The notes beneath the pieces were generated by a model. It was not told the DNA's origin, ran no database searches, and saw nothing but the letters and a program-made list of their open reading frames with translations. From a virus, in the IMG/VR virus record IMGVR_UViG_3300036770_008166, positions 32,001-96,000 of that record: 64,000 bases of DNA. One strand, written 5' to 3'. Position 1 is the first letter of the stretch. The number at the start of each line of letters is the position of its first letter. Position numbers and translations under genes: made by a program. Below, piece after piece: positions 1 to 9,818 of the stretch.

Positions 1-1
1 C

Positions 2-136
2 TTGCTGAAAAATTTTCAGCAAGTATCAATCAAACAGTATGAACCTCTGTTGGCAAAAAATGGTTTGACTGTCACGCGTGCATTCAAAGAAGTTTTTAGC
101 CCGTCCTTGTGGTATCTTGAACTAGGTCGGATCTAA
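2..136 (+). CDS. 3' end of a hypothetical protein running in from the window edge (LLKNFQQV...LELGRI*)
   Basis: Frame is open from nt 2 to TAA at 134-136, which overlaps the next ATG (TAATG), a typical translational-coupling junction. Confidence 0.55.
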   Translation: MLKNFQQVSIKQYEPLLAKNGLTVTRAFKEVFSPSLWYLELGRI

Positions 137-648
137 TGCTGCGTATGGCGAGGATCGACGTCGTGACAGAACACTGCGTGATTGATGTCATCATCGACAA
201 TGCACTGTATCACAATCAGGTGGTGTCGTCTGGCATGAACAGTGTACAAATCCAATTGCCCACTCTCACTGCAACTTTCTGCCGCATGCAAATCAATTGT
301 TCAGAGGGGAGTTGCCAGATTGGTAAAGTTCAGTTCAATCATAGTTGGACAATGAACACTGTGTTTGCTCAACTTCATCCGTCTCTATATGACTTGATCT
401 TGGATAACGATTTTGATATCAGTAGATTGACCGCAGCCGAGCTGGACTTGGTTGAACGATACGGTATGTTCATGTGCTCTGGCCATAATGATTATCAAGG
501 ATGGTCTGAGTTCAGATTAAATGTTTGTATCGACGGTCAGTCACAACCTTTGCGGGATATAAATGATAATTCACATCATTACGCACTGAATCAAGGCCAG
601 AGCATGACGTTCGATCTAACTGTGCCAAGGGCGGCATGCTCGATCTAG
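136..648 (+). CDS. hypothetical protein
   Basis: 170-aa ORF overlapping both neighbours; no motif recognised. Confidence 0.6.
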   Translation: MLRMARIDVVTEHCVIDVIIDNALYHNQVVSSGMNSVQIQLPTLTATFCRMQINCSEGSCQIGKVQFNHSWTMNTVFAQLHPSLYDLILDNDFDISRLTAAELDLVERYGMFMCSGHNDYQGWSEFRLNVCIDGQSQPLRDINDNSHHYALNQGQSMTFDLTVPRAACSI

Positions 649-1385
649 ATTCCAGGTTCGCTCATTTTGTGCGCGGCAAAATGCAGAATCCACACTTGCA
701 ATACGCGCAGATAGCGCAGAGTGCTTGCAAATGGGCCTACAGCGATCGGTTGCGTATCAAGACGCAACTGATAGATAATATTGAGCTCATCAAGAATCGA
801 AGAGTATTAGATTTAGGTTGCCATGATGGAATTCTAAGTGAAGCCATGGATCAATTGGGAGCTAGGTCGGTGATAGCTACCAATGTAAGACAAGACATGA
901 TTGATCTGGTAAATCAATGTCTCAAAGAACTTCCGGTACCCACACTGGTCACAGTGATCAAACACGACCTGTATGATCTAGACACATTGGACCTGTTGCT
1001 GGAACAAAGCGACACTATACATTTCTCTGGCACAGTCATGCATCTCAATCATCATTATCAGCTTTTTTATCATCTGTGTAATAATCGACCAGATCACATG
1101 ATTTTGGACTCTATCTATTATGATCAATCATGGCATCATGCCACGCCTTTACAGACATGGCGTCTTGAATCTATGGAAGATGTGCTCTTCGGACATGACC
1201 AAAAATCGCAAACAACTGATGGCAAAATCTTTGTAGGCACGCCTAATCTTTGCTGGTATCGACAGATGTTAGACATGTTCGGGTGGCAATTGGTCGAGCA
1301 TCATGACCTCGCTTATGTCCACTTTGAAGAAAAGCTGCGCCGGAGATCTGTGATGGTATGTCAAAGACGTAAGAAATCGCCATGA
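636..1385 (+). CDS. class I SAM-dependent methyltransferase
   Basis: Motif I VLDLGCHDG; 249 aa. Confidence 0.8.
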   Translation: MLDLDSRFAHFVRGKMQNPHLQYAQIAQSACKWAYSDRLRIKTQLIDNIELIKNRRVLDLGCHDGILSEAMDQLGARSVIATNVRQDMIDLVNQCLKELPVPTLVTVIKHDLYDLDTLDLLLEQSDTIHFSGTVMHLNHHYQLFYHLCNNRPDHMILDSIYYDQSWHHATPLQTWRLESMEDVLFGHDQKSQTTDGKIFVGTPNLCWYRQMLDMFGWQLVEHHDLAYVHFEEKLRRRSVMVCQRRKKSP

Positions 1386-2626
1386 GCAAAATTAATCGTA
1401 TCACCTTTGCCAGCGCATTTGGAACGCTGTTTGAATGGTATGATTTTTTGATCTATGGTATTGCGGCTGCACTGGTTTTCAACACCCTGTTTTTTCCACA
1501 GGTAGATCCAATCACCGGAATGTTAGCATCATTGCTGACATTTTCAGTGGGATTTATTGCTCGACCAGTAGGAGGTATCTTGTTTGGGCATTTGGGAGAT
1601 CGCATCGGCCGGAAAAAAACCCTGATGTTAACGATGTTAATCATGGGCATGGCCACATTTGGCATTGGGATTTTGCCCACATATCAAAGTATCGGAGTAT
1701 GGGCGGCGGTGTTGCTGGTAGTGTTGCGATTACTGCAAGGACTAGCATTTGGTGGCGAATGGTCTGGAGCCAGTGTCATGATTCTCGAGCATGCTCCGCT
1801 GCGCCGTCGGGGGTTTTATACCAGTTTTATACAAATGGGTTATCCATTGGGGTTGCTGTGTGCCACTGGAATATATGCCTTGATCACTAGGCTTCCAGAA
1901 CAAGAATTTTTAGAATGGGGTTGGCGCATTCCGTTTATATTGAGCATGCTATTGGTGGCCATTGGAATCTGGGTGCGCTGGGGACTGGATGAAACTCCGG
2001 CCTTCCAAGAATTGTCATCTACTGGTGCCATTTCCAAAACGCCATTGTTAGACGTATTGCAACAGCCCAAAGATCTATTGATTGCAATGGGACTCAAAAT
2101 AACCGAAGTCTCTTGGGCGTATCTATTGACAGTGTTCGCCGTGGTGTACGCTGTCAACAATTTATCAATAGCTCGCAGCGATATGATGCATGCCATATTG
2201 ATAGCCAGCGTTATCAATGTCATTGCTATTCCGGTGTTTGGATGGTTGAGTGACGTGGTAGGCCGTAGACAAATCTATATCATGGGATCGATCATCACTG
2301 TGATAATAGCCTTTCCAGTCTGGCAGGCATTGTCCAGTGGACACTTGTTGGAAGCAATGATAGCGGGACTGGTTCTAGGCAATGCTTTGATGATGGCACC
2401 ATTGGCTGCATACCTTCCAGAGTTATTTCCGGCCAGCACGAGATATACCGGTAGTGGTATAGGATGTCAGATGGCAGCAGCCTTGGGTGGCGGAATCTTG
2501 CCAGTCGCTGCCACTGCTTTGGCCACTACCTATGGAATATCAACAGTGAGTATACTGATGATTGTGCTTGGATTGATCACTCTGTATTCGGCGTATCATG
2601 CGCCGAGGCAGATAGACAAATCTTAA
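1382..2626 (+). CDS. MFS transporter, metabolite:H+ symporter (ShiA/ProP/KgtP-like) family
   Basis: GTLFEWYDF in TM1, GDRIGRK and SDVVGRR loop motifs, GGEW, ETPAF, ELFP..RYTG; about 11-12 hydrophobic segments. Confidence 0.9.
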   Translation: MSKINRITFASAFGTLFEWYDFLIYGIAAALVFNTLFFPQVDPITGMLASLLTFSVGFIARPVGGILFGHLGDRIGRKKTLMLTMLIMGMATFGIGILPTYQSIGVWAAVLLVVLRLLQGLAFGGEWSGASVMILEHAPLRRRGFYTSFIQMGYPLGLLCATGIYALITRLPEQEFLEWGWRIPFILSMLLVAIGIWVRWGLDETPAFQELSSTGAISKTPLLDVLQQPKDLLIAMGLKITEVSWAYLLTVFAVVYAVNNLSIARSDMMHAILIASVINVIAIPVFGWLSDVVGRRQIYIMGSIITVIIAFPVWQALSSGHLLEAMIAGLVLGNALMMAPLAAYLPELFPASTRYTGSGIGCQMAAALGGGILPVAATALATTYGISTVSILMIVLGLITLYSAYHAPRQIDKS

Positions 2627-2636
2627 ATCACCACTG

Positions 2637-3797
2637 ATGTATCATTACAATCACAAAGGTATCTATCGAGTTGGCAATCACACATATGCCAACAAATTAG
2701 CAGCGTGCTTGGAACTTAATGCCATAAATCACGATCTCAAGACTGGGCATCAACTGCACTGGGATTATCATGAACATGCATTTGATCAAGCCCAATGGCA
2801 ACAGGAACCCCCGGTGGCGATAAAGGACCTTTACAGAGAGCGGGCTCTGCAGTTGAGAGAAAACTATGATCATTTGGTGTTGTTCTATTCAGGAGGTGCT
2901 GACAGCCATACCATATTGAATACTTTTGTCACGAATAACATACATCTGGATGAGATTTTCTTGTATGGAGCATTCAAAGCTGAAGAAAAAATAAATCAAA
3001 AATTGGGCTGGTCGCGAAATCCTGGGTATTTCACACGCGAAGTCGCTTACATCGCTAAGCCTATGTTAGAACGCTTACAAAACACTCACAAGTTCAAAAT
3101 TACAGTTTGGGATTGGACCGACAGGACGATAGAAGCACTGAACAATCCAGATTGGTTTTGGGATGTAGGCACTAGATTCGCGCCCGATGCTGTACCTCGT
3201 CAATACCTGCACGAAGCCTTTAGACACAATGACAGATTTGAAGGCAAGGGCAAAAAAGTAGCATTCATATTTGGGGTCGATAAACCTCGATTGTTTCGTG
3301 ACGATACGTCGGTGTATTTCGCATTCATTGACACCATGTTGACCACTGCAGTTGGCAACAACAGCGACATCCACGGCCGTTATTGGGAAAACGATGAGTA
3401 TTTTTATTGGACACCAAACTTGCCAGCCATTCCCATCAAGCAGGCTCATCTGATTTACAACTACCTAAAACAACACAATCGATTGCACGAACTGACCCAT
3501 GTCAACAACAAAAATCAATTCCACATGGCTGACTACTATCACATGATCCACCCCATCATATATCCGGATTGGAACAATAGCACGTGGCAAATCAAAAAAA
3601 GCACCAACTCAGTGACCGATGAATTTGGCCAATGGTTTTTTGACCTGGCGCCCGATCACAGTAAAAAACAATGGCGAAACGGAATTTTGCAAATGGAGCG
3701 ATTGATCGGTCAAAGGCATTTCAATGATCAAACGGTTTGGCAAGGTCTGGTGGGCTGTTATAGCAAACTTTATCGAATTGGAGCGGTTGACCAATAA
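2637..3797 (+). CDS. PP-loop (adenine nucleotide alpha-hydrolase-like) protein of unknown function
   Basis: LFYSGGADS PP-loop motif; later G.DKP motif; 386 aa. Confidence 0.65.
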   Translation: MYHYNHKGIYRVGNHTYANKLAACLELNAINHDLKTGHQLHWDYHEHAFDQAQWQQEPPVAIKDLYRERALQLRENYDHLVLFYSGGADSHTILNTFVTNNIHLDEIFLYGAFKAEEKINQKLGWSRNPGYFTREVAYIAKPMLERLQNTHKFKITVWDWTDRTIEALNNPDWFWDVGTRFAPDAVPRQYLHEAFRHNDRFEGKGKKVAFIFGVDKPRLFRDDTSVYFAFIDTMLTTAVGNNSDIHGRYWENDEYFYWTPNLPAIPIKQAHLIYNYLKQHNRLHELTHVNNKNQFHMADYYHMIHPIIYPDWNNSTWQIKKSTNSVTDEFGQWFFDLAPDHSKKQWRNGILQMERLIGQRHFNDQTVWQGLVGCYSKLYRIGAVDQ

Positions 3798-3816
3798 ATG
3801 TCCGTCCGGCTATAAT
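3787..3816 (+). promoter_or_regulatory. sigma70-type promoter TTGACC-N18-TATAAT
   Basis: -35 at 3787-3792 and -10 at 3811-3816, entering the intergenic region. Confidence 0.6.
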
Positions 3817-3888
3817 ATATACATGCTTCAAACACTATGTCTTAGGTGCCGGTTATAAATCTTTCAATACGCACATCCGGGATCACTG

Positions 3889-3917
3889 TTGACCAACAAT
3901 TAGCTGTTCAGTATAGT
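3889..3917 (+). promoter_or_regulatory. sigma70-type promoter TTGACC-N17-TATAGT upstream of the AAA ATPase
   Basis: -35 at 3889-3894 and -10 at 3912-3917, followed by an AAAGGA SD-like sequence before ATG 3954. Confidence 0.7.
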
Positions 3918-3953
3918 TTATACACAACAACCAACTAGAAAAGGATTGATTCT

Positions 3954-5045
3954 ATGTCCGTAGAAACCCGTACCGTGACCGCGGTTGGTGCCCGCCGTGC
4001 TGTAATGAAGTGCTTCGCCAAAAAACGTCCCATGTTCCTGTGGGGGCCTCCTGGCATTGGCAAATCGGAAGTGGTGGCCCAGATCACCCAAGAACTGGGT
4101 GGCTTCATGATCGATCTGCGCCTGGGCCAGATGGATCCCACCGACATCCGCGGCATTCCGTTTTTCAATCGCGAGCTCAACAAGATGGACTGGGCACCGC
4201 CCATTGATCTGCCGGATGCGGAATTGGCCAGCCAGTATCCCATCGTGGTGTTGTTCATGGACGAGATGAACTCGGCTGCACCTGCGGTGCAGGCAGCGGC
4301 CTATCAGTTGGTGCTGAATCGGCGCATCGGCAAATATGTGTTGCCGGACAATGTCGTGATGGTGGCCGCAGGCAACCGCGAGTCAGACAAAGGCGTCACG
4401 TACCGCATGCCCACGCCCTTGGCCAATCGTTTTGTGCATGTGGAGATGCGAGCAGATTTCGCGACCTGGCAGGACTGGGCAGTGACACACGGGATCCACA
4501 AGGATGTAGTGGGCTACCTTTCGTTCGCCAAGCAGGATCTCTACGACTTTGATGCCAAATCCTCCAGCCGTGCCTTTGCCACACCACGATCCTGGTGCTT
4601 TGTCAGCGAACTCCTGGAAGACGAAGATCTCGACGACGTCACAGCCACTGATCTCATTGCTGGTACCATCGGTGAAGGTCTGGCTGTCAAGTTCCAGGCT
4701 CATCGCCGGATCTCGGGCAAATTGCCCCGGCCCGAGGACATCCTTTCAGGCAAAGAAAAAGAACTACAGGTCAAAGAAGTGTCGGCCATGTACAGCCTGG
4801 TGATCAGCCTGTGCTACGAACTCAAGGATGCTCTGGAAGTTCGCAAGGTGGACCAAAAAGAGTTCCATGCCATGGCAGACAACTTCTTCGGCTACATGAT
4901 GAAGAACTTCGAGACCGAACTGGTTGTTATGGGTGCTCGCATCGCGCTGACCACTTACAATCTGCCGTTCCAGCCCACCAAGCTCAAGAACTTTGATGAG
5001 TTCCACCAGCGGTACGGCAAATACATCCTGCAAGCTAACAGTTGA
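3954..5045 (+). CDS. MoxR-like AAA+ ATPase
   Basis: Walker A GPPGIGKS, Walker B LFMDEMN, AAGN sensor 1, LANRF arginine finger, TPRSW sensor 2. Confidence 0.9.
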   Translation: MSVETRTVTAVGARRAVMKCFAKKRPMFLWGPPGIGKSEVVAQITQELGGFMIDLRLGQMDPTDIRGIPFFNRELNKMDWAPPIDLPDAELASQYPIVVLFMDEMNSAAPAVQAAAYQLVLNRRIGKYVLPDNVVMVAAGNRESDKGVTYRMPTPLANRFVHVEMRADFATWQDWAVTHGIHKDVVGYLSFAKQDLYDFDAKSSSRAFATPRSWCFVSELLEDEDLDDVTATDLIAGTIGEGLAVKFQAHRRISGKLPRPEDILSGKEKELQVKEVSAMYSLVISLCYELKDALEVRKVDQKEFHAMADNFFGYMMKNFETELVVMGARIALTTYNLPFQPTKLKNFDEFHQRYGKYILQANS

Positions 5046-5053
5046 ATTAGGAT

Positions 5054-5815
5054 ATGAAAGATACCATACTGATTGTGGGTGACAGTTGGGGTATCGGCGA
5101 ATGGGATGGCCCAGACGGTATGGACAGGATCTGGCAGGTTCCTGTCTCGCATGCCGGTCTACAACACTTCTTATCGGAAAAAAACCAAAAAGTGATCAAT
5201 CTTTGTAGGCCAGGCGGAAGTAATGCCGATAGTTGGCACACTTGCTTGGCGGCGTTGACCAACAATCCAGATCTACAGAATGCTTTAAGATTCATAATCG
5301 TGTTTCAAACAGAATGGCAACGAGATATCTGTGAACATTGGCACATTGCCGAGGCTAAAGATTTTTGCCTCAAAGAGTTGAAATCTCGATGGATTTCAAG
5401 GATGTATTTAAAGATGTCTCAGCTCAGTGTAAGATATGATCTGCCGATATATTTTATAGGAGGGGCAAGCGACACTGTCTGGATGTCAAATTTTGAACAT
5501 GAATACCCAGGTCTCCAGATAGCCTGCCAAAGCATGACTAATTTTATGATCAATGATGACCACCGGATTGAGCATCCTATCATGATCAGTGTACACGCAC
5601 CATTGTTAGACAGCATTTGTTCGCTGAAGTCTGACAATCTATCTGCTATTGACAAAGAATTTGTGCTTCACGAAATTGAACAAAGTCGACGCAGACTGGA
5701 TATCTGGAGTCGCTATCCCCAATGGTTCTGGCCAGACAGTACACATGCCAATCGTCGTGGTCATAAAAAACTTTTTGATTATCTTTGCGCAACCATACCA
5801 AACTTTTTAATTTAG
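5054..5815 (+). CDS. SGNH/GDSL hydrolase-like protein
   Basis: N-terminal IVGDSW, GGSN, and C-terminal DSTH (DxxH) followed by GH. Confidence 0.7.
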   Translation: MKDTILIVGDSWGIGEWDGPDGMDRIWQVPVSHAGLQHFLSEKNQKVINLCRPGGSNADSWHTCLAALTNNPDLQNALRFIIVFQTEWQRDICEHWHIAEAKDFCLKELKSRWISRMYLKMSQLSVRYDLPIYFIGGASDTVWMSNFEHEYPGLQIACQSMTNFMINDDHRIEHPIMISVHAPLLDSICSLKSDNLSAIDKEFVLHEIEQSRRRLDIWSRYPQWFWPDSTHANRRGHKKLFDYLCATIPNFLI

Positions 5816-6051
5816 ATCAAACTGCGCGGCTCGCATCCAGGGTCCGGATCGAATTCCGACCCTACAGCCACGGTGAAGTCCATGATCTACTAAGAGAGGT
5901 CGCTTTGGATTTTGGTCCACCCGGTGACCGTCGCCGATGGCGATTTGAAACTGCACAGACTCCGGACACCCAAATCAATGCGTGGATCATAGATTTCCTG
6001 TTCCCAGATCCTCATGATGCCATGATATTTGGTCTAAAATATTCGAGATGA
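5785..6051 (+). CDS. small hypothetical protein
   Basis: 88-aa ORF filling the gap and abutting the convergent gene; start uncertain. Confidence 0.6.
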   Translation: MRNHTKLFNLDQTARLASRVRIEFRPYSHGEVHDLLREVALDFGPPGDRRRWRFETAQTPDTQINAWIIDFLFPDPHDAMIFGLKYSR

Positions 6052-7221
6052 TCAGCCCAACAATGTTTGTTTCGCTTTTTCAAAATCTGCCGGTATGGGT
6101 AGATCTCGACCGTCAATCCGACCATTGTTCCAGATTCTAAGGCACTGACCAAAATTGTCTACCAGCTCGCTGACAATGAGGCTGGGAAACACATTATAGA
6201 AATGCCAGCGATTGTGTTCCAGTACCGGCAGCATGTCTTGATAGAGATCACGTAGTTGACAGGTGGGCATGCTGGAGATTCGGACTATTTCGTTGGCTAT
6301 GGCATCCAGTCTTTGATCGTGATCCAACATGCGATCATAACTTTCGTCGATCCATTTATCAAAGGTCTGGAATCCGTACTGTCTCAGATACTGCAGGTTG
6401 CCCGGTGCGGCCACCAACAGGAAAGGCCGTTTGGCCACGATGGGCTTGAAAACTTTTTCAGTGAGATGTTGTTTTGGCTCGTAAAAAACCGTTTCGTTGA
6501 CCACATGAAACAGAGAAGTCTGCCAAAGTTGATATTCTCGAGCCCCAAATCTAGCACTGAGATTCCCGTTTGCCGTGATGCGATCCAACTGCCAAGGCAG
6601 ACGCAAGGTGGAATCAAGGTGTCGTTCGATTAGATTCCGGCTTTGGACAGATACTTGAGTATACATGCTGGCTAGTTCTGTCATGACATCACGCGAATCT
6701 GCATGAAAACTGATCGATCCCTTGTGGGCCACTTCTCGGTCCAGCAGTCTTGCCAACAATGAAATACGATATGATCTACGATGTGATATGAGATGATTGA
6801 GCGATAAGAATGCATTTTGTATGGCATGATCGACGTCAACATGCCGTGCATCACGATACCAATCCAGCGCGGCAAATCCATGATAGAAAAAATACCAATC
6901 CAACATGGATCGATCTTTACAGATCTGGCGCTTGATCTCAGAATGTTCGCTGTTAGCTAAAATTTTCAATTTCTTTACAGACCATGATGCGTGCAGTGCT
7001 ATACCGAGATCATATGCATGGCCTAGATCATGGTTCCAGAGCGGCTCTTGATCAAAATGGAACAACACATGATTAAGATCTGCCTGGCTGTGATACGGAA
7101 ACCATTCTTTTTGACTGAGATGATCCTGTGTACCCCAGGGATAATAATACCAACAGTCCAATCCGGCAGGCTGCAGGAGATTTTGGAACAGCACCCAATA
7201 GAAATTCTCAACTGAAATCAT
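6052..7221 (-). CDS. GT10-like (fucosyltransferase-fold) putative glycosyltransferase, paralogue 1
   Basis: VVNETVF...LTEKVFKPI...PF...GFQTF...DESYD...HN motif string. Start taken at ATG 7221 (MISVENFY), which parallels the MIRIDELY start of paralogue 2. Confidence 0.6.
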   Translation of the reverse strand: MISVENFYWVLFQNLLQPAGLDCWYYYPWGTQDHLSQKEWFPYHSQADLNHVLFHFDQEPLWNHDLGHAYDLGIALHASWSVKKLKILANSEHSEIKRQICKDRSMLDWYFFYHGFAALDWYRDARHVDVDHAIQNAFLSLNHLISHRRSYRISLLARLLDREVAHKGSISFHADSRDVMTELASMYTQVSVQSRNLIERHLDSTLRLPWQLDRITANGNLSARFGAREYQLWQTSLFHVVNETVFYEPKQHLTEKVFKPIVAKRPFLLVAAPGNLQYLRQYGFQTFDKWIDESYDRMLDHDQRLDAIANEIVRISSMPTCQLRDLYQDMLPVLEHNRWHFYNVFPSLIVSELVDNFGQCLRIWNNGRIDGRDLPIPADFEKAKQTLLG

Positions 7222-7266
7222 ATCAATATGTACCACAAGGGCGCACACCACGTAATAATACAGCAC

Positions 7267-7295
7267 TTGACCAGAAAATCCCAATATCATATAAT
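7267..7295 (+). promoter_or_regulatory. sigma70-type promoter TTGACC-N17-TATAAT upstream of the VWA/peptidase gene
   Basis: -35 at 7267-7272, -10 at 7290-7295, then AGGAGA SD before ATG 7318. Confidence 0.75.
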
Positions 7296-7317
7296 AATTA
7301 CAATATAGGAGAGATCA

Positions 7318-8595
7318 ATGACTGCTGCCGCAACAGATACCACCAACAAAGACGACGCCAAACGCTTTGCCAATCTCATTGGGCCCATGGATGCCAAAGT
7401 GGATCGCGAAGTGCGTGAACTCCTGGTCACTGCCCGCGTGGGCATGTTGCTCCGGGCTTCGTTCTTTGGCAACCTGGCCACCCGACTCAAGCTGGTGAAT
7501 GCGGACGAATGGTGCGCCACTGCTGCCACCGACGGCAGAAACTTTTACTACAACAGCCGCTTCATCAAGATGTTGAAGCCCAAAGAGATCGAATTCTTGT
7601 TCGGTCATGAGGTCTTGCATTGTGTGTATGATCATTTTGGTCGCCGTGGTGAGCGCGATCCACAGCTCTGGAACGTGGCCAACGATTTCTGTGTGAACGG
7701 CGATCTAAAGAAACATAGAGTGGGTGAATTCATCACGTCGGTGCCTTGTCTGTACGATCAGAAATACGAAGGCAAATCGTCGGAAGAGATCTATGACATC
7801 CTGTATGAAAATGCCGAAAAGATTTCCATCGATGACCTCATCGATCGTGTGCTGGACGAACACATGGATGGTGAAACCGAAAGTAATGGCTCTGGCAAAA
7901 AGTCGGGAGAAGGCAAAGGACGTCCGCGGCTGAGCGAAGAAGAAAAAGCCAAGATCCGTGACGAGATCAAGGAAGCCATGCTCAGTGCCGCACAGACCTG
8001 CGATGCCGGCAACTTGCCCGCAGGCATTAAGCGCCTGATCCAAAATCTCACTGAGCCCAAGATGAACTGGCGCGAACTGCTCCGCATGCAGTTGGAGAGC
8101 ACCATCAAGTCAGACTACACCTTTGCCCGGCTCAGCCGCAAGGGCTGGCATCATGAGGCCATCCTGCCTGGCATGAAGACCACCGATGCCATCGACATAG
8201 CCATCGGCATCGACATGTCAGGTTCGATCTCTGACGCCCAGGGTCGAGACTTCCTGGCCGAAGTGCAGGGCATCATGGAAGCATTTGATAGTTATCGCAT
8301 CCATGTGGTGTGCTTTGACACTGAAATCTACAATCCCCGGCAATATGATTCAGACAATCTCGAAGACATCACGGACTATGAATTGGCCGGCGGTGGTGGC
8401 ACGGACTTCGAGTGTGTATTCAACTATCTCAAAGACAATGACATCGAGCCCAAGAAACTGGTGATGTTCACAGATGGCTATCCATTCGGATCCTGGGGTG
8501 ATGAGAACTACGCGGATACCGTATGGATCATCCATGGCAATCCCACGCCAGATCCTCCGTTTGGCGTCTGGGCCAAGTACGGCGACACCGACTGA
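7318..8595 (+). CDS. DUF2201-type putative metallopeptidase with C-terminal VWA-like domain
   Basis: TAATDG, HEVLH zincin motif, WNVANDF, MIDAS DMSGS, GGGGTDF, FTDG. Confidence 0.85.
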   Translation: MTAAATDTTNKDDAKRFANLIGPMDAKVDREVRELLVTARVGMLLRASFFGNLATRLKLVNADEWCATAATDGRNFYYNSRFIKMLKPKEIEFLFGHEVLHCVYDHFGRRGERDPQLWNVANDFCVNGDLKKHRVGEFITSVPCLYDQKYEGKSSEEIYDILYENAEKISIDDLIDRVLDEHMDGETESNGSGKKSGEGKGRPRLSEEEKAKIRDEIKEAMLSAAQTCDAGNLPAGIKRLIQNLTEPKMNWRELLRMQLESTIKSDYTFARLSRKGWHHEAILPGMKTTDAIDIAIGIDMSGSISDAQGRDFLAEVQGIMEAFDSYRIHVVCFDTEIYNPRQYDSDNLEDITDYELAGGGGTDFECVFNYLKDNDIEPKKLVMFTDGYPFGSWGDENYADTVWIIHGNPTPDPPFGVWAKYGDTD

Positions 8596-8613
8596 TTTCG
8601 CCAGAATCACTCT

Positions 8614-8647
8614 AAACCCTGCTGATTTCCGTTGGCAGGGTTTTTTT
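8614..8647 (+). terminator. Rho-independent terminator
   Basis: Stem AAACCCTGCTGA / TTGGCAGGGTTT (two G-U pairs) followed by T7, 19 nt after the stop codon. Confidence 0.85.
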
Positions 8648-8653
8648 GTGGCG

Positions 8654-8659
8654 TAAATA
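8654..8659 (+). promoter_or_regulatory. putative T4-like late promoter core TAAATA
   Basis: Directly after the terminator and 5 nt before ATG 8665. Confidence 0.6.
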
Positions 8660-8664
8660 TCTAT

Positions 8665-8847
8665 ATGGAACCCCAACAATTGACTGTGGCCGATATCGCT
8701 TCTATCAAAAGCTTGATTGAGGCCGCCTGTGGTCGAGGCACATTTCGAGCATCCGAGCTGAGCACTGTAGGTGCTCTGTACGACAAACTGGATGCTTTTT
8801 TAAACCAAGCCGCGGCAGCGGCCACTCAAGGAGATCAAAATGCTTAA
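8665..8847 (+). CDS. small hypothetical phage protein (MEPQQLTVADI...RGTFRASEL)
   Basis: 60-aa ORF; start moved to ATG 8665 because the longer start lies within the terminator. Confidence 0.7.
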   Translation: MEPQQLTVADIASIKSLIEAACGRGTFRASELSTVGALYDKLDAFLNQAAAAATQGDQNA

Positions 8848-9529
8848 ACACATAGGCCGACACGGAGACCGCAAAGTAGCTATCGTATTCAGAGAAATAC
8901 CCGGTGAAGATCACATGTGTCTGGTGATCTATCCCGATGTGCTACCAACTCCTATCCACGATACTGTGATGAAAGTGTTAGAAAGCCCGGTAGGACAACA
9001 AGAAAGTGTGTTAGCTGATGCTCTGCACCGGAACCTGTTGCCGGACGGCCGAGCCATCCTGGAGGCTCTGCACAAGGAAGGCATGCTCAAAAAGGTCAGC
9101 ACAGAGCATATCATCATGACACCCACGGCCAACAGCACCGTGAGACTGGATGAGCTTAATCGACTGGTACGAGAAATGGAGCAAGGTGAAGGCGCCCGCA
9201 AACGCATGGCTGAATTAGACGCCAGTGCCGGTCTGGTAGATCCACAGACCAAACGCCGGGCAGAAGCCGAATTCAAATCACAACAGCAGCAAAAGGCAAC
9301 CAATCCCACTGATACCCTGGATGATAAAACCCTGGCTACAAACATGCTATCACAGGCAAAACGCATGGAAGTAGAGGCTCGAGGCTTGATAGCTGAAGCT
9401 GCTCGAATGAAGAAAGAAGCCGAACGCATGTTTCCTGGAGTGATGGTCACTGAAATCTCAGAAGCTCCAGCAGTTCAAACCAAAGCACGTGGACGAAAAC
9501 GAGCGGTGGCTGCAGATGCAGTTCAGTGA
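8840..9529 (+). CDS. hypothetical protein, helical/coiled-coil C-terminal half
   Basis: 229 aa, with GGAGA SD upstream. Confidence 0.75.
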   Translation: MLKHIGRHGDRKVAIVFREIPGEDHMCLVIYPDVLPTPIHDTVMKVLESPVGQQESVLADALHRNLLPDGRAILEALHKEGMLKKVSTEHIIMTPTANSTVRLDELNRLVREMEQGEGARKRMAELDASAGLVDPQTKRRAEAEFKSQQQQKATNPTDTLDDKTLATNMLSQAKRMEVEARGLIAEAARMKKEAERMFPGVMVTEISEAPAVQTKARGRKRAVAADAVQ

Positions 9530-9818
9530 TGAATTCATAACCAAATGGGAACACATTATCAAAGGTGTTGACGCCACTGAGGTGCCCATTGAATGCATCA
9601 AAAAAGTTGTGATCAAACTGTCAAATCGCAGACAACGTACCATCAACATAACGTCTCTAAAAAAACAGGGTCTAGCATTCGACGAGATAGAGATGGTGTT
9701 GGCTCGAAATTTAATGGACTATGATGACGAGCTCAGGGACATTGACTTTATACTGGACGTAGGTGCAGTGGCCGAAATTATACAGCCAGAAACAGATAAA
9801 TTGCTTAAGAATTTGTAA
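9516..9818 (+). CDS. hypothetical protein
   Basis: 100-aa ORF from ATG 9516, coupled to thyX by TAATG. Confidence 0.7.
   Translation: MQFSDEFITKWEHIIKGVDATEVPIECIKKVVIKLSNRRQRTINITSLKKQGLAFDEIEMVLARNLMDYDDELRDIDFILDVGAVAEIIQPETDKLLKNL

Noticed and set aside
1-23. Near-perfect palindrome CTTGCTGAAAA-A-TTTTCAGCAAG
   Set aside because: Lies in an open reading frame at the window edge, has no loop or U-tail and I saw no second copy; function cannot be supported.
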